Assembly (NCBI GenBank): GCA_036340075.1
Contig: JAYYZJ010000012.1
Coordinates: forward strand, 96,001-160,000
DNA from: Thermodesulfobacteriota bacterium
GTDB taxonomy: Bacteria > Desulfobacterota_D > UBA1144
Reading direction: 5' to 3'
Length of the DNA: 64,000 nt
Position 1 is the first letter of the stretch, and every line of letters begins with the position of its first letter. Both the position numbers and the translations under genes were made by a program. The notes under the pieces are model-generated. The model saw only the letters and a list, made by a program, of their open reading frames with translations, had not been told where the DNA came from and made no database searches. Of the stretch, positions 39,537 to 49,837 are shown piece after piece.

Positions 39537-42335
39537 ATGAATCAGATAGATGAAATACTTGTTGTTAAGAGATCCGGAGATGTAGTAGATTTTGATTCTA
39601 AGCGAATACATAATGCAATAACTGCAGCGGTTAAAGCCGGAGAAGAAAACTTTGAAGAGTCCAAAATACAAGAAGTTGTTGCTTCAATAGAAGATGAAAT
39701 TTTTTCTAGATTTATAGATTTTTATCCAAACGTCGAAAACATCCAAGATATAGTTGAGAAACATCTTATACGGGCCGATATGTTTAATGTTGCTCGTAGA
39801 TATATTATTTATAGAGCAGAAAGAACAAAAGAACGTGAAGTACTAAAAGAAAAAATTTCTCAGAAAGCTGAATTAGGCAAATTAAAGATTAGAAAAAAAG
39901 ATGGTACAACTGTTTTATTTAATCCTCAAAAAGTTAGAAAGACAGCCGCATTAGCGTGTGCAAAATATTCCAATACAACATCCCCAGATATCATTGTTAA
40001 AGAATTAACAAGAAATATATTCGATGGAGCATCGACATCTGACATAGAAAGAGCTCTGATTCTTTCATCTACTGCTTTTATTGAAAACGATCCAGACTAC
40101 GGAAAAGTTTCTGCTAGTTTGTTTCTACAGAGACTATACAAAGAGGCTATGAAAGTGTCTATAAATGAAGATTCAGTCTATGAAGAATATAAAAGAACTT
40201 TTATTGAAGGAATTAAGTTTGGTGTCGAAAATGAATATCTAGACAAAAGACTTCTTGATTTTGATTTGGAGAAATTGAGTAATTCTTTAGAAGTTGATAG
40301 AGATAATCTTTTTCAATTTATTGGTATCCAAACATTATATGAAAGATATCTACTTAAGCATGAAGATATAAGATTTGAATTACCTCAATCATTTTGGATG
40401 AGAGTAGCAATGGGCGTTTCTATTAACGAGGATGATAAAGAATCGAAAACTTTAGAGTTCTACAATGCTCTCTCAAAAATGGAGTTTGTTTCCTCTACCC
40501 CAACATTATTTCATTCCGGAACACCACATCCACAACTTAGCTCCTGTTATCTCACAACTGTAAAGGATGATTTATCTCATATTTTTAAATGTGTTGGCGA
40601 TAATGCTCAACTTTCAAAATGGTCAGGAGGCTTAGGAAATGATTGGACAAACATTCGAGCAACTGGATCAAGAATTAACAGTACCAATGTCGACAGCCAG
40701 GGAGTAATTCCTTTTTTAAAAATCGCAAATGATGTAACCGTTGCTATTAATAGAAGCGGGAAAAGAAGAGGGGCTACGTGCGCATACTTAGAAACATGGC
40801 ATTTAGATATAGAAGACTTTCTAGATTTAAGAAGAAACACAGGAGACGATAGACGAAGAACTCATGACATGAATACAGCAAATTGGATACCAGACTTATT
40901 TATGAAAAGGGTGATTGAAGAAAAAGAGTGGACTCTGTTTTCTCCAGAAGAAGTTATAGATCTCCATGATTTACATGGAAGTAAATTTGAAGAAGCCTAT
41001 GAAAGATATGAATCTTTAATTGATCAAGGAAAGATTAAGAAATTTAAGAAGATCCATGCACCAGAGCTTTGGAAAAAAATGCTAACCAGAATATTCGAAA
41101 CAGGACATCCTTGGATAACTTTTAAGGATGCTTGCAATGTTAGATCTCCACAAGATCATGTTGGTACTGTACATAGTTCTAATCTTTGCACTGAAATAAC
41201 ATTAAATACCTCTGCAGACGAAACAGCTGTGTGCAATCTAGGCTCAATCAATCTTGAAAAGCATGTTAATGAGGACAAAAAGTTAGATAGAGAATTATTA
41301 GAAAAAACCGTTAAAACTGCCATTAGAATGCTTGATAATGTAATTGATTTGAATTTTTACCCAACAATAGAGGCAAAAAATTCAAATTTCAAACATAGAC
41401 CAATAGGACTAGGAATAATGGGTTTGCAAGACGCATTATTTAAAATAGATTTACCCTTTGAATCCCCCAAATCTCTTAACTTCTCAGATCAACTCCTTGA
41501 GTTCATTTCATATAACGCTATTCTTGCATCTTCTAATTTATCAAAAGAGCGGGGTTCTTATGAATCATTTAAAGGATCAAAATGGGATAGAGGCATTTTC
41601 CCACTAGATACGCTTTCATTATTAGAGGAAGAAAGAAAAGATACAATTGAAATAAATAAGATTACTTCTCTCGACTGGAACAAACTTAAAAAGCAAGTGA
41701 AGAAACATGGAATGAGAAATTCTAACACAATGGCAATTGCTCCTACAGCAACAATATCGAATATAGCCGGTTGTTTTCCTTGTATAGAGCCAATTTACAA
41801 AAATATATATGTAAAATCTAACATTAGTGGAGAGTTTACAGTTGTGAATTCATATTTAGTTGATGACCTAAAGAAACTAAACCTCTGGTCTCAAGATATG
41901 TTAGAGAAAATAAAGTACTTTGATGGCAATCTTGATCAGATAGAAGAAATACCTGAAAATTTAAAAGATAAATACAAAGAGGCTTTTTCAATAGATCCAA
42001 TCACTTTACTGAAACATACTGCAGTTAGAGGTAAATGGATTGATCAGAGCCAGTCTCATAATATTTTCATGCAAGGAGTTTCAGGAAAACTTCTTAGTGA
42101 AATTTATATTAATGCATGGAAGCTGGGATTGAAGACAACTTATTATTTACGAACATTAGCAGCTACACAAATTGAAAAATCTACCTTGGATGCAAATAAG
42201 TATGGTTATACTCAAAAAAGAGAATATAAAAAGATTGAAGACAAAACAGAAGAAGATACAGTAAAAGAAGAAAAATCAGCAAATGATGTAACAGTCTGCA
42301 GCTTGATGGATCCAGACTGTGAAGCATGTCAATAA
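39537..42335 (+). CDS. nrdA: Ribonucleoside-diphosphate reductase alpha subunit with two ATP cones
   Basis: VVKRSG and IRKKDG ATP cones; SSCYL, SNLCTEI, VCNLGS, APTAT, TTYY and C-terminal CEAC. GGAGG SD at 39524-39528 gives start 39537. Confidence 0.97.
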   Translation: MNQIDEILVVKRSGDVVDFDSKRIHNAITAAVKAGEENFEESKIQEVVASIEDEIFSRFIDFYPNVENIQDIVEKHLIRADMFNVARRYIIYRAERTKEREVLKEKISQKAELGKLKIRKKDGTTVLFNPQKVRKTAALACAKYSNTTSPDIIVKELTRNIFDGASTSDIERALILSSTAFIENDPDYGKVSASLFLQRLYKEAMKVSINEDSVYEEYKRTFIEGIKFGVENEYLDKRLLDFDLEKLSNSLEVDRDNLFQFIGIQTLYERYLLKHEDIRFELPQSFWMRVAMGVSINEDDKESKTLEFYNALSKMEFVSSTPTLFHSGTPHPQLSSCYLTTVKDDLSHIFKCVGDNAQLSKWSGGLGNDWTNIRATGSRINSTNVDSQGVIPFLKIANDVTVAINRSGKRRGATCAYLETWHLDIEDFLDLRRNTGDDRRRTHDMNTANWIPDLFMKRVIEEKEWTLFSPEEVIDLHDLHGSKFEEAYERYESLIDQGKIKKFKKIHAPELWKKMLTRIFETGHPWITFKDACNVRSPQDHVGTVHSSNLCTEITLNTSADETAVCNLGSINLEKHVNEDKKLDRELLEKTVKTAIRMLDNVIDLNFYPTIEAKNSNFKHRPIGLGIMGLQDALFKIDLPFESPKSLNFSDQLLEFISYNAILASSNLSKERGSYESFKGSKWDRGIFPLDTLSLLEEERKDTIEINKITSLDWNKLKKQVKKHGMRNSNTMAIAPTATISNIAGCFPCIEPIYKNIYVKSNISGEFTVVNSYLVDDLKKLNLWSQDMLEKIKYFDGNLDQIEEIPENLKDKYKEAFSIDPITLLKHTAVRGKWIDQSQSHNIFMQGVSGKLLSEIYINAWKLGLKTTYYLRTLAATQIEKSTLDANKYGYTQKREYKKIEDKTEEDTVKEEKSANDVTVCSLMDPDCEACQ

Positions 42336-42350
42336 TAAGGAGAAAAGACT

Positions 42351-43349
42351 ATGTCTATTTTAAGTAATGATTCAAAAACAGATCCTAACAAAATCTTGCC
42401 AATGACCTATATGTGGGCCAGAGAGCATTATAAAAATGGTGTTGCAAACAACTGGACCCCAGAAGAAATTTCTATGCAAAAAGATGTTGAACAGTGGAAA
42501 TCAAAAGAGGTTTTGTCAGAGACGGAAAGAAGAATGATTCTATGGAACCTAGGATTCTTTTCCACTGCAGAGTCTCTTACTGCCAACAATATTGTTTTGA
42601 CTGTGTACAAACATGTTACAAATCCAGAAGCGCGACAGTATTTGCTTAGACAAGCATATGAAGAAGCTGTACATACTGATACTTTTATTTATTGTTGCGA
42701 TAGTTTAGGTCTTGATCCTGATTATATTTACAACATGTATGAAACTATACCTTCGATAAAAGAGAAAGATGATTTTGTAGTAAGTCTAACAAAATCGATT
42801 ATGGATCCAAATTTTGAAATAAAATCAAATGAAGATATCCAAAAATACTTGCATGATATCGTAGGGTATTACGTAATAATGGAAGGAATATTCTTTTATG
42901 CTGGATTCGCAATGATGTTAGCACTAAAAAGACAGAATAAAATGATTGGCATAGGAGAACAGTTTGAATATATAATGAGAGACGAAAGCATTCATCTAGC
43001 TTTTGGATGCGATTTGATTAATACCATAAAGGAAGAAAATCCAGTGATTTGGACTGAAGATTTCAAAAAGAAAATTTCTGATTTAATTGTTAAGGCTGTG
43101 GATTTTGAAAAACAATATGCGTATGATGCTTGCCCTGAAGGTTTACTTGGCATTAACCCAGATCAATTTTCTCAATATGTTGAATATATTGCTGATAGAC
43201 GACTCGAGCGTATAGATTTACCAAGAGTTTATGATACAGAAAACCCGTTCCCTTGGATGTCTCAAGCTGTTGATTTATCTAAGGAAAAGAACTTCTTCGA
43301 AACTAGAGTAACAGAGTATCAAACTGCCGGTTCTCTAGAATGGGACTAG
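42351..43349 (+). CDS. nrdB: Ribonucleotide reductase beta subunit, class Ic (Mn/Fe) signature
   Basis: NNWTPEEI, STAESL, EEAVHTDTF, EGIFFY, RDESIH and EKNFFETRVTEYQ motifs; AAGGAG SD. Confidence 0.95.
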   Translation: MSILSNDSKTDPNKILPMTYMWAREHYKNGVANNWTPEEISMQKDVEQWKSKEVLSETERRMILWNLGFFSTAESLTANNIVLTVYKHVTNPEARQYLLRQAYEEAVHTDTFIYCCDSLGLDPDYIYNMYETIPSIKEKDDFVVSLTKSIMDPNFEIKSNEDIQKYLHDIVGYYVIMEGIFFYAGFAMMLALKRQNKMIGIGEQFEYIMRDESIHLAFGCDLINTIKEENPVIWTEDFKKKISDLIVKAVDFEKQYAYDACPEGLLGINPDQFSQYVEYIADRRLERIDLPRVYDTENPFPWMSQAVDLSKEKNFFETRVTEYQTAGSLEWD

Positions 43350-43374
43350 AAGTTCACTAATCTATCCAGCTAAG

Positions 43375-44682
43375 CTATTTTTTAAAAGGATCTTCAATCT
43401 CAGGATGCCAATTTGCAAAATGGTTTTTGTGAGCTTCTGTATAAGCCCCTTTTGGATAAAATTTGTCATAGAAATCCAAATCAATATGATGATTCTGAAC
43501 CATCATTCTACAATACATAGCATCTGAGAATGCTGGAAATCTTCCGTAAGTTTCATATAAATAAGTGCAAATATCTTTAACTATTTCTATTTCTTTTTTT
43601 GAAGGTCTAGGAGTATCTTTTAAAACCCCAGTAGGATCTTTATAAGGCATAAATTTTTCTTCCCAATTTGACCATTTCATATCATTAAAAGCTTCAACGG
43701 CTTCATTCATATTAGAATAGTATGGAGGTGAATAAGCTTCAAAAAGCTTGTCTAGCCCTACAGGAGCTTTCGATACAGCTTCACCCCAATCTTGATCATT
43801 AGCTTCAATACATGTAAATCCTAATCCTTTATAATTGTCATCTGCTCCTAACATATAACGACTCTGAAATCCGCTAAACATCCAACCACCAAGCCCCAAT
43901 ATTTGTTGAGTGAGTGCTACATTTTGACAAAACATTGGTTGTTCAGCTATATAGCCGTTTGCGAATCTGAGCTCAGCTTCGATTAGAGGTACAGGCTTAC
44001 TTGTATCAATATAGCCATCATTGATCCATTTCTGTGTACCAGCTGGCTGCATTTTTTTTAATTCATCAATAAAATGAAATCTATGACCATCACGCATATA
44101 GAAGAATAGGATATTAATTAAACCCGCACTTAAATCAGTTACAGGCATCATGAGTGTTGTTCCAGGCTTATTTACGCTCCACGTATTATGAATAGCGAGA
44201 CCAGGAGGTACAGGAGGCAGATCTGCCCTTCCATCGTGAATTTTAATCCTTGATGCTTTAAATAATTCAATAATTTTTTCGATTTTTTTCTCTCTAGTAA
44301 GACCTTCTATCCCTTTCAGGTCCGAGGGAAGTTGATCGTGTAACTTAACTAGGTAAAGACCATCGTCATTTGTATAAAAAAGTTCTGTTCTATGAATATC
44401 ACCTAAGGAAGCAATAGTTTTGCTCATAAATTTAACTTCTAGGTCAAGACCTTTATGAGGGGGAAAATCAGAAAGATTTATATTTTTAATACCTAAGCCA
44501 TTCCAAACAAGTATCGCTTCTTCAATTTCACTCAAAGGGATGGGCTTATGAGATGATTTAAATTTTAAAGGACCTTCGTCTATCTCTCCACCCATGGCAA
44601 ATCTTCTAGATCTTCTTTCATATAGCGCGTCTAAAAATGTATAACCTACAGCTTGATTAACACCGGGCGGAAACTTTGACAT
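43375..44682 (-). CDS. Uncharacterised large nitroreductase-superfamily protein
   Basis: RRSRRF FMN-phosphate motif, PLSEIEEAIL, and EQ...CQNVALTQQILGLGGW nitroreductase-type helix. Confidence 0.6.
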   Translation of the reverse strand: MSKFPPGVNQAVGYTFLDALYERRSRRFAMGGEIDEGPLKFKSSHKPIPLSEIEEAILVWNGLGIKNINLSDFPPHKGLDLEVKFMSKTIASLGDIHRTELFYTNDDGLYLVKLHDQLPSDLKGIEGLTREKKIEKIIELFKASRIKIHDGRADLPPVPPGLAIHNTWSVNKPGTTLMMPVTDLSAGLINILFFYMRDGHRFHFIDELKKMQPAGTQKWINDGYIDTSKPVPLIEAELRFANGYIAEQPMFCQNVALTQQILGLGGWMFSGFQSRYMLGADDNYKGLGFTCIEANDQDWGEAVSKAPVGLDKLFEAYSPPYYSNMNEAVEAFNDMKWSNWEEKFMPYKDPTGVLKDTPRPSKKEIEIVKDICTYLYETYGRFPAFSDAMYCRMMVQNHHIDLDFYDKFYPKGAYTEAHKNHFANWHPEIEDPFKK

Positions 44683-44727
44683 ATCTTTATTTTAACTCAA
44701 AATAATCATTGCATATAAAAAGTTTTT

Positions 44728-45258
44728 ATGAAAAATTTGCTACTAGATTTATTAAAAAAAGAATCAATCCTAAAGGGAGAATTTGTACTGTCATCAGGAG
44801 AAAAGAGTGATTACTATATTGATGCTAGGATTAGCACTCTTTCTTCTGTTTCTTTAGGCTATATTGCAGATATTTTTTACAACCAAATCTTAGATTGTAA
44901 TCTAAATATAGTAGGAGGCCCTTCGATAGGTGCTGACCCAATAGTAGGTGCAATTCTACAAAAAGCATCATTAGATCATAATTCCTTCAAAGGATTTCTT
45001 GTGAGATCCAGCGATAAAGAACATGGTACAAAGAAAAGAATCGAAGGACCAGACATATCAAACCAGAAAGTTGTAATAGTGGAAGATGTAGTTTCCACTG
45101 GTGGATCTATATTGAGAACGATAGATCATTTAGAAGAAATTAATTGCGAGGTTGTATTAATACTATCTATAGTTGATAGAGAAATGGGAGCGATTGAGAA
45201 GTTCCTAAAAAAGGAAATAGATTACAATCCTATATTTAAAATTTCAGAATTACTTTAG
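44728..45258 (+). CDS. pyrE: Orotate phosphoribosyltransferase
   Basis: GEFVLSSGEKSDYYID, KEHG and VEDVVSTGGS motifs. Confidence 0.95.
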   Translation: MKNLLLDLLKKESILKGEFVLSSGEKSDYYIDARISTLSSVSLGYIADIFYNQILDCNLNIVGGPSIGADPIVGAILQKASLDHNSFKGFLVRSSDKEHGTKKRIEGPDISNQKVVIVEDVVSTGGSILRTIDHLEEINCEVVLILSIVDREMGAIEKFLKKEIDYNPIFKISELL

Positions 45259-48200
45259 GTTCGTATACCAGAAAATCTTTTCTTAAAATCAACAAAAGCT
45301 AGATAAAGGGATGGTATGAGAACAAGAGTAATTAAAGTTGCGAAGGCTAGGCCAACACCTAGAGAGATTGCCATTGGAGCCAAGTAAGCAGCCTCTCCTC
45401 TAGTTTGAAACATTAATGTTGCTAAGCCTCCAAATGTCGTTAGTGTAGTTAAAATTATTGCTCTAAATCTATTTTTTGCTGAATAAAATACTGAGAAGCC
45501 GAATCCATTTTTACTTGCGCTTTTATTAATGAAATTCATCAATATTAAACTATCATTAACAACTACGCCAAGAAGAGCGACTACTCCTATCAAACCTGTT
45601 ATAGATATAGGATCACCACGTAACAATATTCCTACTGTTACTCCAATGATTGTAAAAGGGAGCACAGACATTATTAGTATCGGTTGAATGTAAGATCTTA
45701 GAATAGTAGCTAGTATCAAGTAGATTAACAAAATAGAAATTATAGATGCTCTCTTTACGCTTTCCAGTGATTCTCTAGTGTCTTGTTCTTCACCTGCTAG
45801 GACAAGTTTGTAGTCAGGATAATTATTGTCTATTGTTTTGTAGAATTTTAATGCGCTATTAATTACTTCTCTTGGTGTAGTAATATCTTCATCAATCTCT
45901 GCAGTAACACTTGCAGCTCTTTGTCTATTGTATCTAGAAATTCCTAATAGATTGGAGCTTATCTCAGCTTTGGAAAAATTCGAAATAGGTACGAATTCTC
46001 CTCTAGAATTAACAACTAGATGGTTTGAAATATTTTCAATAGATTGTTTTTCCCACTGGTTTTCTATTTTTAATTTTATTTTTGCTTCTTCATCATTTAC
46101 ACGTGTGTTATCTATCTCAATTCCATCAATCAACAATCTTATTTCTTTCCCTACCGTTCTTGTATCTACTCCATACATTGCTGCTTTTTGTTCATCAATT
46201 TTCAAACTTAATCTAGGTTTTCCAAAAGTTAGATTGTCGCTTACACCATAAACACCTTTTTTTGATCTAAGGAAAGCTTTTAGTTCTTTGCTGATTTCAT
46301 TTAATATTAGTGTGTCATCACCTATGATCCTTATATCAAGATCCTTACCTTTTGGTGGCCCAGTAGTTTGTACAAATTCTATACTTGCAGGGCCGACAAT
46401 CTCTTCACCAACAATCTTCTGAATCTTTTTCATAGACTCTAATCCATTTGTATCTCTTTCTTCAAAGTCATGAAATTGAACTAATACATTAGATATGTGG
46501 TCTCCATATTGAGGAGGTTTTTTGGAGAAATCTACGCCCAAAGTAGTCAAATAATTCTTTAATAATTTTGGAGAAGTATTCCTTTTTACAATTTCTTCAA
46601 CTTGAGATGCTTTCTCGGCAGTTAAATTTAGGCTGTAATTTGATGAATTTTGAATTTTTATTAAGTATTGATTGATATCTGATGAATACAAAAGAACAAA
46701 GGGAATCTTTAATAGTATAAAAGTGGTTAATAATAGCAATCCAAAAGAAAGCGCTAGGACTTTATATTTCATTCTTAGGCAAGCTATTAGAATTCTTAAA
46801 TATTTCCTTCTTAACTTTTCGAACTGTTGTACAAAAAATCCCGTATCCTTAGTCACTCTTACAAAATCTGCACAATGAGATGGTAATATTGTTAATGCTT
46901 CTACCAAGGAAAAAACTAAAGCAAATATTGCAACCTGAGGAATTATCGATAGAAAAATCCCTAATGTACCCTCTGCAAGAAGAATGGGAAACAATGAGGC
47001 AATATTTGTCATTATTGTAGCAATAACTGGCCATGCTACTTCCTTGGCACCTTTTGAAGCTGCCTCTTTGGGTGGGAGGCCCTTTTGAATATATCTTTTA
47101 ACATTTTCTACTACTATAATTGCATCATCAACAACTATCCCCAGAACCATTATTAAGCCAAACATTGTGATTACGTTTAAAGATTCGCCAGTGTACTGCA
47201 TAAGAATAAAAGCTCCAAAAAAGGCAACAGGAAGCCCTAGTGCAGCAAGAAACGCAGATCTATAATCAAGAAACATTGATAGTATTAACAAGACTGCGAT
47301 GATTCCATAAATTCCAGTCTTAACCATTGAATCAAAACGTCCTTTAACCCAATAAGAGGAGTCGTTAGAAACAAAAACCTCTATACCATCAGGGAGTGTT
47401 TTCTTGAAGTTTTTAATAACATCTTTTATTTTTTCTACTGTTTCTATTGCATCCTTATTCTTTTGTTTTTCTATCCAAAAAGATATTGAGGCAAAACCAT
47501 TAATTCTTGATAGTGTCATATCTTCTTCTTGGCCAAGCTCAATTCTTGCAATATCTTTTAGTATCATAGGCATTTTATTAATTTTTTTATTTAATGGGAT
47601 ACCTTCTAATTCATAAATACTTTCAATTTTACCTTTGGTCCTAATTGTATATTCTTGATTACCAAGCTCTAAGGCACCCGCAGGAAGATCTATATTTCTC
47701 GATTTTATAGAATCGATTACTTCATTTATATTTATGTTGTATTGGAGTAATTTTTTCTGATCAATATAAATCCAAAAAACCAATTCTCCATATCCAGACT
47801 CTATTAAGCTTTCAATAGAACCTAATCTTTCAAGCTTGTCTTTTAAGCGCTTTGCGTAAAACCTCAATTCATTCTTGTCGCCATTGCTTCCTATAGAAAC
47901 ATTAATTAAGGGAGCACTACCTTTTACATCTTTTATTATTGGATCATCTATATCATCAGGTAAGTCATTTTTAATTTGTGAAATTTCAGACCTTATTTCT
48001 TGAGCTATTTCTTCAGTGTCTTCATCTGCAAATAGTTCTGCAATAATAAATGAACGAGATTCAGATGATTGAGACTTTATATTTTTTATTCCAGAAATGC
48101 TAGAGATTTTATCTTCAATGGGAATGGTAATTAATTTTTCCACATCTTCTGCCGTGGAGTTTTCATGTATTGTCAATATTGTTACTTTCTCGAAACCAAC

Positions 48201-48317
48201 GGATGGAAAAAGTTCTTTTGGTAAATTAAAACCAACGTAAAGGCCAAAAATTATTATTGTTGCCATTAATAGGTTAGAAAAAACTGGATTTTTTATTGAA
48301 TAGTCAATAAGTTTCAT
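45255..48317 (-). CDS. RND family efflux transporter permease (AcrB-like)
   Basis: 1020 aa; GIVVDDAIIVVEN, GVVVNDS and RFRAIILTTLTT motifs. Confidence 0.93.
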   Translation of the reverse strand: MKLIDYSIKNPVFSNLLMATIIIFGLYVGFNLPKELFPSVGFEKVTILTIHENSTAEDVEKLITIPIEDKISSISGIKNIKSQSSESRSFIIAELFADEDTEEIAQEIRSEISQIKNDLPDDIDDPIIKDVKGSAPLINVSIGSNGDKNELRFYAKRLKDKLERLGSIESLIESGYGELVFWIYIDQKKLLQYNININEVIDSIKSRNIDLPAGALELGNQEYTIRTKGKIESIYELEGIPLNKKINKMPMILKDIARIELGQEEDMTLSRINGFASISFWIEKQKNKDAIETVEKIKDVIKNFKKTLPDGIEVFVSNDSSYWVKGRFDSMVKTGIYGIIAVLLILSMFLDYRSAFLAALGLPVAFFGAFILMQYTGESLNVITMFGLIMVLGIVVDDAIIVVENVKRYIQKGLPPKEAASKGAKEVAWPVIATIMTNIASLFPILLAEGTLGIFLSIIPQVAIFALVFSLVEALTILPSHCADFVRVTKDTGFFVQQFEKLRRKYLRILIACLRMKYKVLALSFGLLLLTTFILLKIPFVLLYSSDINQYLIKIQNSSNYSLNLTAEKASQVEEIVKRNTSPKLLKNYLTTLGVDFSKKPPQYGDHISNVLVQFHDFEERDTNGLESMKKIQKIVGEEIVGPASIEFVQTTGPPKGKDLDIRIIGDDTLILNEISKELKAFLRSKKGVYGVSDNLTFGKPRLSLKIDEQKAAMYGVDTRTVGKEIRLLIDGIEIDNTRVNDEEAKIKLKIENQWEKQSIENISNHLVVNSRGEFVPISNFSKAEISSNLLGISRYNRQRAASVTAEIDEDITTPREVINSALKFYKTIDNNYPDYKLVLAGEEQDTRESLESVKRASIISILLIYLILATILRSYIQPILIMSVLPFTIIGVTVGILLRGDPISITGLIGVVALLGVVVNDSLILMNFINKSASKNGFGFSVFYSAKNRFRAIILTTLTTFGGLATLMFQTRGEAAYLAPMAISLGVGLAFATLITLVLIPSLYLAFVDFKKRFSGIRT

Positions 48318-48320
48318 TAA

Positions 48321-49400
48321 TTATTTGATTACCTTAACCTTGTTGCCATCTTCAAGCCCAGAATAGCCTTCTACTATTATTCTAGTAAGTTCAGGGATAC
48401 TTTCCGATTCCACTATAGATTCATTACTATTCAATAGTATTGGTTTTACATTAATCTTTTTTGCTTTTCCGTTAGTTTCTATAAAAATAAAAGATTTACT
48501 ACCCTCATTTAAAATAGCTTTACTAGGAATTGCTATGTAGTTCTCAAATTTTTCTATTTCTATTTCAATTTCTATAACTTCTCCTGGTATAAACTTATCG
48601 CTAGAATTGTCTATCTTAAATTCAAGCACATAAGTAACAGTCTCTTTGTCAATCTTTCTACTAATTCCTATAATTTCGGGACTGAATGTTTCATCTTCTT
48701 TTATTGCTTGTATGATTTTCGAAGATCGCAGAATCTTTCTTGCATTATCCGAACTCAATTTAGATTTACCTATAAGGTACGAATTATCTACATATTTAAA
48801 TAATTTCTTTCCTCTTGTAACTTTTTGTCCCACATCTTGATAAAATTTATTAATATATCCATTGAATGGTGCCACCACATTTAGATTATGAAATTCCCAT
48901 AAAACTTTTTTATATCTTGCTTCTTGTGCATCATGTTCAGATTTAGATTGATTAAACAAATTTTTCTTTGTATCTAATTCGCTCGATGAAATTATTTCTT
49001 TTCCGTATAGCGAGATTGCATTTTTATAATTCCTAGCTGCTTCATCAAGTCTAGATTTATGGGAATTTAATAAATCTTCAGCCTCTTTTAGTTCTAGCAA
49101 TTTGCGAGTATCTTTCATCTTCAGAATTACATCATCTTTATTAACAAAATCGCCTATTTCATAGTTTCTTGACTCAATAGTCCCATCTACTTCAGCAATA
49201 ACATCAATTGATTTGGAGCTGTAAAGTTTTGCAAACATTCTCAATTTTTTATTGAAATTACTGACTTTTCTATCTATAACTAGCACTCTTTTACTAGGAA
49301 ATTCAGGCTGAACAGAGCTCCTATTGCCATATTGGTAGTAAAAACCCACGATTATAAGGAGTGCGAAAATCAAAAAGAATTTAAAAAGCTTTTTTTTCAT
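48321..49400 (-). CDS. RND periplasmic adaptor (membrane fusion protein)
   Basis: N-terminal TM, AEVDG...GD, coiled coil, APFNG and IPSKAI motifs; upstream of the RND permease. Confidence 0.88.
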   Translation of the reverse strand: MKKKLFKFFLIFALLIIVGFYYQYGNRSSVQPEFPSKRVLVIDRKVSNFNKKLRMFAKLYSSKSIDVIAEVDGTIESRNYEIGDFVNKDDVILKMKDTRKLLELKEAEDLLNSHKSRLDEAARNYKNAISLYGKEIISSSELDTKKNLFNQSKSEHDAQEARYKKVLWEFHNLNVVAPFNGYINKFYQDVGQKVTRGKKLFKYVDNSYLIGKSKLSSDNARKILRSSKIIQAIKEDETFSPEIIGISRKIDKETVTYVLEFKIDNSSDKFIPGEVIEIEIEIEKFENYIAIPSKAILNEGSKSFIFIETNGKAKKINVKPILLNSNESIVESESIPELTRIIVEGYSGLEDGNKVKVIK

Positions 49401-49519
49401 TAGAGGCCCTTTAGGGGATAATATACATGATTTTATTAGATAAAATTTGCAATTTTACTCTTAAAAAACTATTATATGGAAATAAGATAAAACGCTATAT
49501 TTATTGGAGGATTTTAACA

Positions 49520-49798
49520 ATGGCACTTACAAAATCACAAATCACATCAACTTTAGCAGAAAGTCTAGGAATATCTAAAGCTGATGCAGCTAGATATTTG
49601 GATACATTAGCAGGATTAGCCTGTAGTGAAGCTAAAAATAATGGAAGTTTTACAATTCCAGGGTTGGGTAAATTAGTACTAGTAGATAGAAAAGCTAGAA
49701 TGGGAAGAAACCCACAGACTGGAGAAGCTATTCAAATTCCAGCTAAGAAAGTTGTTAAATTTAGAGTTTCAAAAGCTTGTAAGGATTCAGTACTTTAA
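49520..49798 (+). CDS. hup: HU family DNA-binding protein
   Basis: MALTKSQI...PGLGKL...RKARMGRNPQTGEAIQIPAK; GGAGG SD at 49506-49510 gives start 49520. Confidence 0.95.
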   Translation: MALTKSQITSTLAESLGISKADAARYLDTLAGLACSEAKNNGSFTIPGLGKLVLVDRKARMGRNPQTGEAIQIPAKKVVKFRVSKACKDSVL

Positions 49799-49837
49799 AC
49801 ATAAGATCTGAATTCTTTTAGTTATTGATTTAATTTT

